Below, one piece after another: positions 51,931 to 64,000 of a stretch of 64,000 nucleotides of DNA. Numbering within the stretch: position 1 is the first letter of the stretch; each line of letters begins with the position of its first letter. Source of the DNA: the human T2T-CHM13v2.0 reference genome, Homo sapiens; the NCBI RefSeq assembly GCF_009914755.1, contig NC_060932.1; one strand, 5' to 3'. A model generated the notes under the pieces. It searched no databases. It saw only the letters and a list, made by a program, of their open reading frames with translations, and was not told where the DNA came from. Made by a program: the position numbers and the translations under genes.

Positions 51931-53386
51931 TTACTTTATATATCTTGCGAAGGTTTTTGGCTAAATCACATTGTAATCTACTCTTATAAAGTTTCCCCAA
52001 AGCCAAATAAGGTAGACAGAACAAGAAGTGAGGTAGGAAAACAGATATTTTGAGGGCTCTTCCAAAATTGCATGATTAGTGCTAACGTTGGGACTAGACA
52101 TTATTAAAATTCATTCTCATTCCAAGCGCATGGCTTTTTCCACTAATGGACTCATATTCTCTTCTAATAAAAGATCATTTACTCATACATTTCTAGATTT
52201 CCTGTTTTAGTATGTGATGAATCCTTCTCAGGACAGCATTACAGCAGAACTTTGGGAGCTGACTAGGAGGGAATTCTTGCTTTGTAATTTCCTTTCATTT
52301 TCCGTATCAGCCAGGTATAAAATCTCCTGTTTTCCCTAAGATCACTCTGTCATACTGAGTGGAAAACTGTCTCTAAGCACAGATACTTATGTATGAAAAT
52401 GTGAGCATTCAGAAATAAGACTGACCTTGTATGAATGATTGAATAATTAAAAGAAAAAATAGAAAAAGTATGCTGCCATCTTCCTAATAGGGTACTAAAT
52501 AATTTTATATATTTTATCTTATTCAAGTTTTACACTAACCTATACCTTAGATAATAATCTGGTACAAAGCTGAAGTTACTTCTACGAGGTTATTTAGCTA
52601 GGGCATAAGACCACATCTTTTGGCTCCAAGATAATTTCTTTTCTACTATTTGTAAACAATGAAAATCTGTCTATGCAATGTAATTTCAAGTACATCAAGA
52701 ACATTGTGTCCATAAACAATCTTCCTACTTCCTCTCTGAGGCTTTAAAACTTTCAAAGAGAGGCCAACAAAAACTTTATTTCTTTGAAATCTAAAGTCTT
52801 GGGGGAAAATGCTGAGAAAAAGCATCATGGCTTATTGACACACTGAGGAATAAAATTACTGCTAGTAGAGTCTTTCCTAAAAGTAAATGATTATACACAA
52901 ATGAAAAACTTTATCTTTAGAGTATATAATCAGGGGTTGTGCTTCAGAGGGAAAAGGGTATAAAAAAGAAAAAGTCTTGGAGGGCATAGAGAGAAAAATT
53001 CACAATTTTTAAGAAGACTCTAAAGCAATAAGGAAATGGATTACTACAGGTAGAATTCTAGGCTCACACAACCCCTGTTCTTAATCCATAACCTGTCCTT
53101 TCTGGGCATGGTGGTCCAGAGTTTGCATACACTGAGAGATCATCTAAAGAATTGTTTTATAATCTTCATGTCTTTTCAGAATAGTGGGAGGGAGAGCAAA
53201 AAAAAAAAATCCTTGTCATCAAAGCTGAAGAACGACAATTAACTTGTTATTCATAATGTTTGCTCTCTACATAGGAATGCAGTCTTCACTGCTCTTTCAG
53301 CAACCCAAGAAATGAAAACAAAACACAACACGACTAAAACCAAAACCTTTAAATCTTTTATGTGAATATTATTTCTCTTTCTCTAG

Positions 53387-53505
53387 CAATAGCCATAAAG
53401 CAAACACCTGAATTAACGCTCCATGAAATAGTTTGTCCTAAAAAACTTCACATTTTACACAAAAGAGAGATCAAGAACAACCAGACAGAAAAGCATGGCA
53501 AAGAG
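53387..53505 (+). CDS. ADAMDEC1: ADAMDEC1 exon 2, prodomain: (A)IAIKQTPELTLHEIVCPKKLHILHKREIKNNQTEKHGKE
   Basis: ctctag| and |gtaagc, 119 nt; HKR56 convertase-type site. Confidence 0.96.
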
Positions 53506-54008
53506 GTAAGCAAGGTGAATGACCGTGGTAGATGTTACAATCATCCAAAGAGACAATAAAAAGCCTTTTCACTAACAGAAGTGATGTTACAGTTACTATG
53601 TAATAGTTTCATATTGAAGCCCATGTATACAACTCCCCTTTGTTCAGGAGACAGCTCACAATTTCTCAGAATGCTGCTATGGTTAAGCAGCAGAGAGTCA
53701 ACAGCCTCACTTGATAAGAAAGGATAAAGCTGCTTAGACATTTCTCTTAAGTTTGAGAGTGAGGAGAGAAGCTCGGGAAGGTCGGCCATCTTTAACGGAG
53801 ATGTTGTTCCTGGCAAGCCTCACCACCCCTTTTCTCCAGTGAATTGTCTTTTTCCTCAGCCATTTTGTCAATAGTGAAAAATTAAATTTTATATCAGTAG
53901 TTAACATAATATTTTATTACTGATTAAAGATACCAATTCTTTGACTATTACATTGTTGCAAGTATTTCCCTCATTTTGTAATTGTTACCTAATTCTTAGT
54001 GGGTTGAG

Positions 54009-54011
<3 letters not shown>

Positions 54012-54039
<28 letters not shown>
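54012..54039. repeat. T28 homopolymer in ADAMDEC1 intron 2
   Basis: Seen directly. Confidence 0.9.
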
Positions 54040-54040
<1 letters not shown>

Positions 54041-54388
54041 GTATTTAATTTAATGTATTTAGTTTGGTTTTAAAGTAAGAAAAATACACACCTTGTTTTG
54101 ATTCCCTGGCTGATCCTGAGACAGTATACTGTACATTAGGGCAAATGAGAAGTCCCTATCTCACATATTAAAGCTAGTTTAATCTATAAGTGTTATTATC
54201 ACATAATTGTACTTTTTGGAAGTCCATGTTAGTGCATAATTTGTTTTGTCTTACATATTTTAAAAACACAAAAGAATTGCTTTTATCCTATATGCATTTG
54301 TAATTGTTCTTCTAATACATACTACATATATAATTATTTTAGTTATGCTCAGAAATATAAATTGCTTGATGTAATTAAATGTTTTCAG

Positions 54389-54465
54389 GAAAGGTATGAA
54401 CCTGAAGTTCAATATCAGATGATCTTAAATGGAGAAGAAATCATTCTCTCCCTACAAAAAACCAA
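54389..54465 (+). CDS. ADAMDEC1: ADAMDEC1 exon 3: ERYEPEVQYQMILNGEEIILSLQKT(K)
   Basis: ttttcag| and |gtaagt, 77 nt. Confidence 0.96.
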
Positions 54466-55195
54466 GTAAGTTGTACCTCCTAAAAGTCTAATCACTGGAT
54501 TAGGTTATGAAATTGGGGAGCAATCTTTTTGAGGCTCCATTTAGTGTGGTTTGACATAGAAGACATGAGGCATTTTGAGCTTTAGATGATACTAGTTTGT
54601 GCTAAAAAGGCTGATTTCCTAGGAAATTATATACAAAATGTAAAACAAAAGGAATGGCATATATAAATGACTTTCTTCCTTGACCTGGGAACTTAGTGAA
54701 CTTCTTTTTCTACTCAGATAAACTCAAGACTTTGATGCAGCTTTCCATTCTTTTATGAGAATATGTGTCCAAGGCTGATTCAAAATGCATGGCCTAGAGA
54801 TAGATTCCAGGGGATGGGGTTCCTCCTAGTTCTATAGCAGTTAATAAACTTCTCCCTGAATGCAATGGGCCTATAAGCATATTTGTGACCCAGCACCCTT
54901 CAAAGGTTCTGTGGAGGTTGTGTCCTTGGTGCAAGAAATCTCAAAATTACTAATTTGAAGATAGGGATCTGCAGATGGGAAGAAGATGAGGGGACTTCCT
55001 CCCTCGGATTTAATAGGAAGAACCAACTCTCTGATTTGCTTCAGCAACAGAGCTCCAATGTTGGAAGAGGATTAGTAGGTCAGAACCTTAGCTATTTATC
55101 ATTGTAGACACTATCACTATTTTAGTGCTGAAGTTCAGGAAGTTCTGCCTTTCTTACCATCCTGAGTGGTCCATGCAGCTCTCTGCTCTCTACAG

Positions 55196-55274
55196 GCACC
55201 TCCTGGGGCCAGACTACACTGAAACATTGTACTCACCCAGAGGAGAGGAAATTACCACGAAACCTGAGAACATG
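55196..55274 (+). CDS. ADAMDEC1: ADAMDEC1 exon 4: HLLGPDYTETLYSPRGEEITTKPENM
   Basis: ctctacag| and |gtaggg, 79 nt; ADAM prodomain pattern. Confidence 0.96.
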
Positions 55275-56780
55275 GTAGGGTCCGAATACTTTGTGGGTCT
55301 CTTTTGAGTTTTAGATGTTATTAGTTTGTGCTAATGTTAACTAAGATCTCCAAAGGGCTCAATTATTTTATAAAATTCATAGGTCCATGAACAGCTTCAA
55401 AAAATAATCAAAGGACTTGAAAGCAAGTTGCTTATCTATGATCAATGAGACAACAGTTTGGAAAATCACATTCAGCTTTTAAAACATAGGAGCAGCAGAA
55501 AGCTTCCAAGTGTCACATTTTTGGAAGCAACCAAAAGTCCACTTCTCCCTAGACCATTTTATCCATAGGTTAGAAAAGTTCTTCTCTATACGTACTTAAA
55601 ACCTCTTGTCACTATTTACTATTTTTTGGAGATACATGCATTTATCCTGAGGTCAGCAATGAAATATCAATAATTAATATTTTTATATCTGATTAAATCA
55701 TCATCCCGTAGACAATACCAGGGCCAAATGTCAGACATTAAGAATCATGGCATAGAATATCATGAAGAGAATACAATAAATCTCAATCAAGAGATGTTCA
55801 TGTTCCCAGGCTAAGACAGCTTCTCAGAGCCATCCTACAAGGTACCCTAAACCTGCATTTCTCTATATAAAAAAAAAGACTTCTGCCACAGAATGGTTCT
55901 TTGTTCCCCATGCTCATTAAAACTTATTTCATGAACATCTGAATTTTTGCTAACACTATCTTCAGCGGACAGTGTCTGATAAATTAATTTATGCTCAATT
56001 GTTAATAGCTGATGATACATTAATGAGGAATCTTCTCAAGTCTTCTATGAGAAAATGTTTATGTTGACGATATCTCTTCCAAAAAGGGAGAAAAGACCAT
56101 AGATGGAATTTCATAACCTGAGGCAGGTCAATTTATTTTGCACTGGAGTTTTTTCACTACCTTTTTTAGATCACTCCACGTAAGTGGCCCCTTAACTTTG
56201 CTGATGTGGGCCAACAATCATGTCTGAATCTCTAATTGTAGACAAATAATTTTGTGTCTTTGAGGCTGATAAAGGGATTCCACTAACAGACCAATTAAAA
56301 CAGTGATTAAATCAGTTAGTCTGAGGAGCTCAGGAGTGATAGTGTGAAATATCTGGGATTCCCCAGTCTAGAAAAATAGATGTCTCATTTTACTTATTTG
56401 TAATGCACAGTGCCTTTGGCACTCAGCACAGTGAAGCCAAATTCTTGAGCACTGACCCCCAAACCTGAGGACCCACTGGGAGTACTGTACATCCCAAGAG
56501 GACTGGCTACTTCTCAGAGAAAGCATCCACTTTCACTATGAGCCCACCTAGGTTTAACTTCCCTGGACTCCTCCTTAGTGTAAATTAATGTCAGAAAAAC
56601 AGTTCAGCCACCAAATATAGAGAGTTTCCAGTGAAGCAATTCTGAAAACCTCTGAGGTTCTTGCTGTTTGTGTTTCTGAGGATTGGTCTGGCCACAGTCA
56701 CTACTTGAAGAATTTTTACATATTCAAGATGGTAGCTTTCCTCACAACTGTGATACATGTATTCTCATAGTTTATACATT

Positions 56781-56813
56781 ACACACACACTCACATACAC
56801 ACACACACACACA
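56781..56813. repeat. Interrupted (CA)n just upstream of ADAMDEC1 exon 5
   Basis: Seen directly. Confidence 0.85.
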
Positions 56814-56846
56814 TTTCTGAAGCATAATTTCTTTTTTCCACTCCAG

Positions 56847-56923
56847 GAACACTGTTACTATAAAGGAAACATCCTAAATGAAAAGAATTCTGTTGCCAGC
56901 ATCAGTACTTGTGACGGGTTGAG
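56847..56923 (+). CDS. ADAMDEC1: ADAMDEC1 exon 5: EHCYYKGNILNEKNSVASISTCDGL(R)
   Basis: ctccag| and |gtaaga, 77 nt; HCYYxG...STCxGLRG motif. Confidence 0.97.
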
Positions 56924-57355
56924 GTAAGAACTACCATCAAAATTACTCAAGATCAAGAAGCTTTTTGTTACACAGAATTAAGGGCTACTAGATATTGTCT
57001 TCTTACTATTTTGGTAAATTTTTCATTGCTGAAATGCTGAATATATGTGGTTAAAGTGAAGAACAAAGTATTACCCTGACAATCATTTCATAATCTGCTG
57101 CTCTAGGAGAAGTCAGGCCTAGCAATGTAAAACAAGAATGCTACACTCTGGACCTTGATGATATCTGGATCCACTTCTGTGTTTATCCAACCTACTCTCT
57201 GAAACAGTTACTTCCTGTTTTCTAAAACATTCTTCCCTGCAATGGTCACAGTTGAACTTAATTTTAGAATTATATGTGTTTCTGTTTACGTAGATAATTA
57301 TTGCCAATGAGAGAAAGTTTGGAAAGTAAGAAAAAGCACAAATAAGAAAATAACA

Positions 57356-57730
<375 letters not shown>

Positions 57731-58396
57731 TTATGTACACATATAGACAAATGTATCTTTCACAGCATTGAAATAAAAAAAAAACCACATTGTTCTTCCA
57801 ACATGGCTGATAACACACACGACAAGTTCTTCACATATCATAAAATACCTTCAGGGATATAATTTTGAACAGTTAAGTTGGATTGTAATATTTTATTATA
57901 TGGATTCACCTTCTATTTATGAACTAATTATCATACTATTGTGATTATAGAAAGAGGGATTCTTTAAGCTACTTCTAATCCCAACGTGTTACTCTGGTTG
58001 GCCTGCTGATCATTCATGTTCCCCTCTGGGGTTCTTGCTATCTAAACATTCCCTTACTCCATTTTCCATTATAGTCCTAGGATCTGCCATGAAATATTTG
58101 TTAAATGAATCAATAAACTATGGAAAAATATTTACCACGGTGCAAATTCCAAATTCTTTGGGGTTGCTTCATCTTTATAATTCTTGTTCAGAATTCTCTT
58201 GGTAAATAAGTTAGGCTTCATTTTATATCGACAAATAGTGATTCTAACTTACATTACCAGAAGTTAGCTGAAAGGTCTATGAATGACAAGGCTATGTGTG
58301 AAATTGGGATGGAGGGGCAGACATCAATCCATTCTTGGAAGCAAATATGACACTGTGTGTCAGGAATCCTGAAATATAAGTCTCTATATCTCCCAG

Positions 58397-58583
58397 AGGA
58401 TACTTCACACATCATCACCAAAGATACCAGATAAAACCTCTGAAAAGCACAGACGAGAAAGAACATGCCGTCTTTACATCTAACCAGGAGGAACAAGACC
58501 CAGCTAACCACACATGTGGTGTGAAGAGCACTGACGGGAAACAAGGCCCAATTCGAATCTCTAGATCACTCAAAAGCCCAGAG
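58397..58583 (+). CDS. ADAMDEC1: ADAMDEC1 exon 6: GYFTHHHQRYQIKPLKSTDEKEHAVFTSNQEEQDPANHTCGVKSTDGKQGPIRISRSLKSPE
   Basis: tcccag| and |gtgaat, 187 nt; cysteine-switch-like TCGV and RISR203 convertase site. Confidence 0.96.
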
Positions 58584-58809
58584 GTGAATACAATTCCCTT
58601 ACCTCATCATTTACTTCAATTGTCTCAGCAAAGATAGGCAATATACTACTATTCTTAGAAATGAGTAGTATGTGTATGTGTCAAGCCTATAATTTATTTA
58701 CTTATTTTTCTATTTATCTTCTATTTTAGGAAAACAAGTCTCCTTTTAAGCTTTGGAATCTTTTAGGATAAAGATAATGATTAACAATGTTCTTTTATTC
58801 TTTGTAAAG

Positions 58810-58872
58810 AAAGAAGACTTTCTTCGGGCACAGAAATACATTGATCTCTATTTGGTGCTGGATAATGCCTTT
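58810..58872 (+). CDS. ADAMDEC1: ADAMDEC1 exon 7: KEDFLRAQKYIDLYLVLDNAF
   Basis: tttgtaaag| and |gtgagt, 63 nt; start of metalloprotease domain. Confidence 0.94.
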
Positions 58873-59606
58873 GTGAGTATGAAACACACGGCCCTCTCGG
58901 CCAGTTCAGTCACCCTTTAAGTTTACTTATCAAGCAAAAGCAAGCAATAAACTATTTTAGCTAATCATGGGGCATTTGTCCACCTGGGTGTCTTGGCTGT
59001 TTACATGCCTTGCCAGCAATAGTTATCTCCTCATACCCTTTAATATCCATCTGCCACCAAAATATTTAGTATTGGCAATATACTTAATACCAGATAGCTA
59101 CAGGCAATCAACCAAAAAAGAAAAATAAAAGGAACGCATTATTAAAATATTGCAATACTTTATATCTTAATATAAAATTAAATATATTTAATATAAATAT
59201 TATATCAATATAAAATCAACACAAAACTCTATATAACTTAGAAACTATATTGATAGATACAGAGGAAAATACTAGAATCTACATTTCTATCTAGTAAATA
59301 TTGTTTTGTAATCAAATTTTAATCACATGATTCGGTTTAAAAACCTAAAAATTGTTAATTTGATGTATTCAACTTTAAAATGAAGAACACTAAAATTTTA
59401 CATGAATGTCTAACTTTTATCAAAAAACTCCTAACATTTGAAATAGAATTTGCCACAATGCAGTCTTACATTATTTAATTATGGAATGAATAGATGTTAA
59501 TTGTAGTGAAATTCATAATTTTTCTTAAAATGTGAAATCTTGTATGCCATCAGCTTTCTCAGTGTAATCTGCTATTTCACTATACTTTGTGTTTTGTATT
59601 TTACAG

Positions 59607-59678
59607 TATAAGAACTATAATGAGAATCTAACTCTGATAAGAAGCTTTGTGTTTGATGTGATGAACCTACTCAATGTG
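59607..59678 (+). CDS. ADAMDEC1: ADAMDEC1 exon 8: YKNYNENLTLIRSFVFDVMNLLNV
   Basis: ttttacag| and |gtaaga, 72 nt. Confidence 0.96.
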
Positions 59679-60000
59679 GTAAGACATTAGTCATGTAAAC
59701 CTCATGTTTCTGCATAGGGAAGTTCTGCCTGGAACTTCCCTAAGATTTCACCAACAAGAAGTTAAAAAGATCCCAAATGTCTTAAGTTAAATAGTTCAGG
59801 GAAATTTTAGCAGAACAAGCATCAACATCAAGGTGAAATCACATGCATGGCAACAAAGACAACTTTTAAAATTTTTACTTTCAAAATGGAAATTCATTAC
59901 TTGTAGTCCATCACTTTATCTATTACTTGTGGTCAACAAAAGCTCTCAGACACGAAAGGAATCCTGAACATTTTTATGAAGATAAATGCTCTTTCCACAG

Positions 60001-60167
60001 ATATATAACACCATAGATGTTCAAGTGGCCTTGGTAGGTATGGAAATCTGGTCTGATGGGGATAAGATAAAGGTGGTGCCCAGTGCAAGCACCACGTTTG
60101 ACAACTTCCTGAGATGGCACAGTTCTAACCTGGGGAAAAAGATCCACGACCATGCTCAGCTTCTCAG
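60001..60167 (+). CDS. ADAMDEC1: ADAMDEC1 exon 9: IYNTIDVQVALVGMEIWSDGDKIKVVPSASTTFDNFLRWHSSNLGKKIHDHAQLL(S)
   Basis: ttccacag| and |gtgagc, 167 nt; LVGxEIW and HDxAQL reprolysin motifs. Confidence 0.97.
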
Positions 60168-60519
60168 GTGAGCACATGCTGGCCAGGTGAATGTAGGCAG
60201 AATGGATAGCTATCCCCAGGGTTCCTTAGCAGGGATTTCCACTCTGTAATATTTCCCTGATCAACTGTCAGAGTGCTTGACATTTTACCACTAGCAATTC
60301 ACCTGTGACATTATTGGATCAATAATCAGATGATAGAATGAGCTCTTGGATATAAGATAACCATCTGTGGTCATAACACTAAGGAATAGTAGAAGTTTTT
60401 TGGGGCCTAGTGAATATAAAAAGGCTAGGGCAGCGAGGCAATTCGTTAATGTAATTAACAAAAGCTAATGGTTACAAAGACTCAGATTGTGACAGTAGTA
60501 TCTGTAACTTTTCATACAG

Positions 60520-60601
60520 CGGGATTAGCTTCAACAATCGACGTGTGGGACTGGCAGCTTCAAATTCCTTGTGTTCCCCATCTTCGGTTGCTGTTATTGA
60601 G
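60520..60601 (+). CDS. ADAMDEC1: ADAMDEC1 exon 10: GISFNNRRVGLAASNSLCSPSSVAVIE
   Basis: catacag| and |gtttgt, 82 nt. Confidence 0.95.
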
Positions 60602-61296
60602 GTTTGTAAATTTGTAGTAAGGCTCTCTGTGGTTCTGTATCCTCTATGAAGGCCAGCATAACACCTTATATAGAATGAGCAAAATGAACATTTGCTGAAT
60701 CAATGAATCAAGGAAGAAATGAAACTACTGGTAGGTCATTGCACTGAAGACCCCTTGGGTTATGCGACAGAACATTTCCTTACATCAGCCTTGCTAGAAC
60801 GTGCCATATCATTCTTTAGTTCATGTTAGAAAATCAGAGTAGGAATATTGGAGCAGAAAGGGCATCCAGTACCCTCTGTGGCCTGGGCTAATACTAGTCA
60901 TCCCCAGTATCTATGGCCAGAGAGGCCAGACAAGGAAGAAGGGTGCATGCAGGTGTCATATGGCCAAGAACTCCAGTGTCATAGGTATCATAGCAATAGG
61001 TTTTGGAGACCTCCGATATGGTGCCTATGAGTACTTCCTATGAAGAATGTAATTAATTCAACCATGATTTACTGGTAACTTAGTATCCATTAGTTCAACA
61101 AATATTTATTGAATAAAATGTAAGTATTCATAGGACCCAACCACTTTAAATGCTCTTTCAACGTTTTGCAATACACAGTGACAGGGAAAGGAGCTAACAA
61201 TTCACTAGTTTTCATCTCTTAAGCCATTTTTAAAGTACTGCACATTGGCAACAATTAAATAAAAAAAGAATAAATAAATATATCTACTTTTTCCAG

Positions 61297-61427
61297 GCTA
61301 AAAAAAAGAATAATGTGGCTCTTGTAGGAGTGATGTCACATGAGCTGGGCCATGTCCTTGGTATGCCTGATGTTCCATTCAACACCAAGTGTCCCTCTGG
61401 CAGTTGTGTGATGAATCAGTATCTGAG
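61297..61427 (+). CDS. ADAMDEC1: ADAMDEC1 exon 11, catalytic site: AKKKNNVALVGVMSHELGHVLGMPDVPFNTKCPSGSCVMNQYL(S)
   Basis: ttttccag| and |gtgaga, 131 nt; HExxHxxGxxD motif diagnostic of ADAMDEC1, plus CVM Met-turn. Confidence 0.98.
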
Positions 61428-61758
61428 GTGAGACCTTGTCATCCTAAAAGGAGAGAGATATTTTCCAAATCTTTTTTTTTTCTGAAGACACATATTATTC
61501 TCTATTGTTTAATTAAATATTAGATCTTGTGTTGTTCCAAAACAGATTTTAAAATTGTTTATAAAATACATACTAATCAACAGGATAGATTGAAAGTGTT
61601 ACCCAAAAAACAATCTTAAAACGTGTAGGGTAACATATTACATTCTTAACCTAGTCTTGGATTACAGTAATCTGCTGATATATGTTTCATAAAGACATCA
61701 AAAGTGCTATTTTACAAGTAAATTATGTTTAGGGACACTTGCAATGAATGTTTCTTTT

Positions 61759-62205
61759 CATATATATATATATATATATTATACTTTAAGTTCTAGGGTA
61801 CATGTGCACAACCTGCAGGTTTGTTACATATGTATACATGTGCCATGTTGGTGTGCTGCACCCATTAACTAGTCATTTAGCATTAGGTATATCTCCTAAT
61901 GCTATCCCTCCCCCTCCCCCCACCCACAACAGGCCCCAGTGTGTGATGTTCCCCTTCCTGTGTCCAAGTGTTCTCATTGTTCAATTCCCACCTATGAGTA
62001 AGAAAATGCGGTGTTTGGTTTTTTGTCCTCACGATAGTTTGCTCAGATTGATGGTTTCCAGCTTCATCCATGTCCCTACAAAGGACATGAACTCATCATT
62101 TTTTATGGCTGCATAGTATTCCATGGTGTATATATGCCACATTTTCTTAATCCAGTCTATCATTGTTGGACATTTGGGTTGGTTCCAAGTCTTTGCTATT
62201 ATGAG
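61759..62205 (-). mobile_element. Younger L1PA (about PA4-6) 3' end with (TA)n-converted tail
   Basis: gtgctgcacccattaactagtcatttagcattagg. Confidence 0.9.
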
Positions 62206-63040
62206 TAGTTTTCCAAATCTTTAAGAATTCGGAAGCAGTCTACAGATGTTGAATGGACATATCTTTTCCCAAGGGTTGTGTATCCCATTAATTCAACTTC
62301 CAGTCTCTTGATGCACAAATTTTAAAAACTACCAGGGCTCATTCTTTAAGATTTCCAAATATGCCAAGATAGAGCTTGCACGTATGATGACCTTATAATT
62401 TTAACTTAAAATAATTCCAACTGAAAATGAACCCATAGTTTCTAAAAATATTAATCTCATTATGTTGATGACAGGATCTTCTTATATTCCCATCATCAAT
62501 CAACCAATCAATCTGTTTTTGCATATTTATGAATTACCTGTGAATGCCAGGCACTTTGCAAAGACTTTGGGATAGAAAAATAAATAAAACATACTTTGTT
62601 CTTGAAATGCTCACAAAGAAGGAGAGAAATATTTCCATACAGCCCAGAAGCCTGCAACTACTTCCCTTCACTGGTTCATTATTATTATCTCTTGCCCCTC
62701 AATTCTCAATGCAAAATGAGTGGATAATTACAAATGGTGATGGCTGTCACTGCTGTCCTTTAGAACAACATTAAATGGCCACATGGAAATTGAAATCCTT
62801 CCAGCTCTGTGACTTAGGCTCTAGGAAGAAAAATGTCCAAATACCATAGTATGCATGCTCTACCACCCACCACATTTAATACAGGGCAGTCCTAAATGGT
62901 TGCCAAATTTGGAATTTCCATTGAGCTCGGTAATACAGTTAGATAAATCAGAGTCTCGTGTTTCTTTATCTTTATTCTGTGTTTCACGCAGAAGGCACCA
63001 CACTGTATATCATATTATTTGAGTTTTCTTCTGATTACAG

Positions 63041-63218
63041 TTCAAAATTCCCAAAGGATTTCAGTACATCTTGCCGTGCACATTTTGAAAGATACCTTTT
63101 ATCTCAGAAACCAAAGTGCCTGCTGCAAGCACCTATTCCTACAAATATAATGACAACACCAGTGTGTGGGAACCACCTTCTAGAAGTGGGAGAAGACTGT
63201 GATTGTGGCTCTCCTAAG
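63041..63218 (+). CDS. ADAMDEC1: ADAMDEC1 exon 12: [59 protein letters not shown]
   Basis: gattacag| and AAG|gtatta, 178 nt; CGNxxxExGExCDCG start of disintegrin-like domain; gene continues past window. Confidence 0.97.
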
Positions 63219-64000
63219 GTATTATTTATTAGAATTATTGGGGCAGAAGAATTATGCAGTTTTCTTTTTGTTTTCCAATATTCTTTTGGAAATTCTTTCT
63301 AAAGACAAACTTGGCATCGTAGTTAAAAAGGAGATTTGTGCTTGTGTTTTTGCTACTGAATTTAGTAATCCTTTGAAAGGCATTTCAAAAACTAGGACTT
63401 GATTTTGACATAATTATATGAAGTTAAATGTAAAAAAGTAAATTGTTAACTATAACATGTCACTTGCAATCTTTCCAAAACGTGTATTAGTCAGAAATCC
63501 CTAGACGACATAATGTCACAGTTGATCATCTGTTGAACAGTAACAATTAGAGATCTAGAAGTAAGTTCTACTCAGAGGGAGAGTTGGTCTTTTCTCATCA
63601 AGCCAGTGTATAAACCAGGTTGTAAACAGAGAAGAAAGAGGAAAAGAAAAAATAATCACAAAAATCTGTAGAAAATAGGCTATTAACATAGAACATCCAG
63701 AATAAGCACTATGATTCTGCTAATTTATATAAATTAGACTCCTTCAAGGCATTTATGTACTCTAAAGAATGCTGATCACTAGCAATCCCATTGCCTTCTA
63801 AAAGATATTCTGTTGCTCCACTGGTGAAGCAGGATGCAGTCCAAGAAGTATCCATTACTTAAGATGGCTCTGTGACAATGAACATGGCGTCTAAACTCTC
63901 TATGCTTCAGTTTATGTATTCAGAAATTTTAGCTGGTTAGATTAGATCAGAAGACTACACAGCCTAACTTAGTCATTTGTGAAGAATATTGTAAACTTTC

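Noticed and set aside
61258-61278. Clustered AATAAA just upstream of the catalytic exon as intronic poly(A) sites
   Set aside because: Low-complexity A-rich run; cleavage would fall at the exon start; no other support.
61339-61371. His-to-Asp change as a sign of pseudogenisation or sequencing error
   Set aside because: All 12 exons are intact and in frame, and the motif is the known ADAMDEC1 signature.

Overview
Primate (human-like) genomic DNA matching the ADAM28-ADAMDEC1 part of the 8p21 ADAM28/ADAMDEC1/ADAM7 metalloprotease cluster; the locus was recognised from the translated exons. The + strand carries the last 9 coding exons of membrane-bound ADAM28 (567-15531: Cys-rich, EGF-like, TM and cytoplasmic tail), its 3' UTR, about 25-30 kb of repeat-dense intergenic DNA, and the first 12 coding exons of ADAMDEC1 (45636-63218; the gene runs off the window), including its HELGHVLGMPD zinc motif. 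Every exon has GT-AG boundaries and the phases chain into open frames. Repeats are Alu, L1, L2, MIR, MaLR/ERV LTRs, hAT DNA elements and a deleted HML-5-type provirus with a tRNA-Met primer-binding site, antisense in ADAMDEC1 intron 1. The best unexplained signal is a hidden 63-nt in-frame exon in ADAM28 intron 21 (13983-14045). It has the same length and phase as exon 22 and encodes a proline-rich DFPPPPIP tail. No prokaryotic system or CRISPR array is present. Repeat subfamily names, exon numbers and residue numbers come from memory and hand counting, not from database searches.
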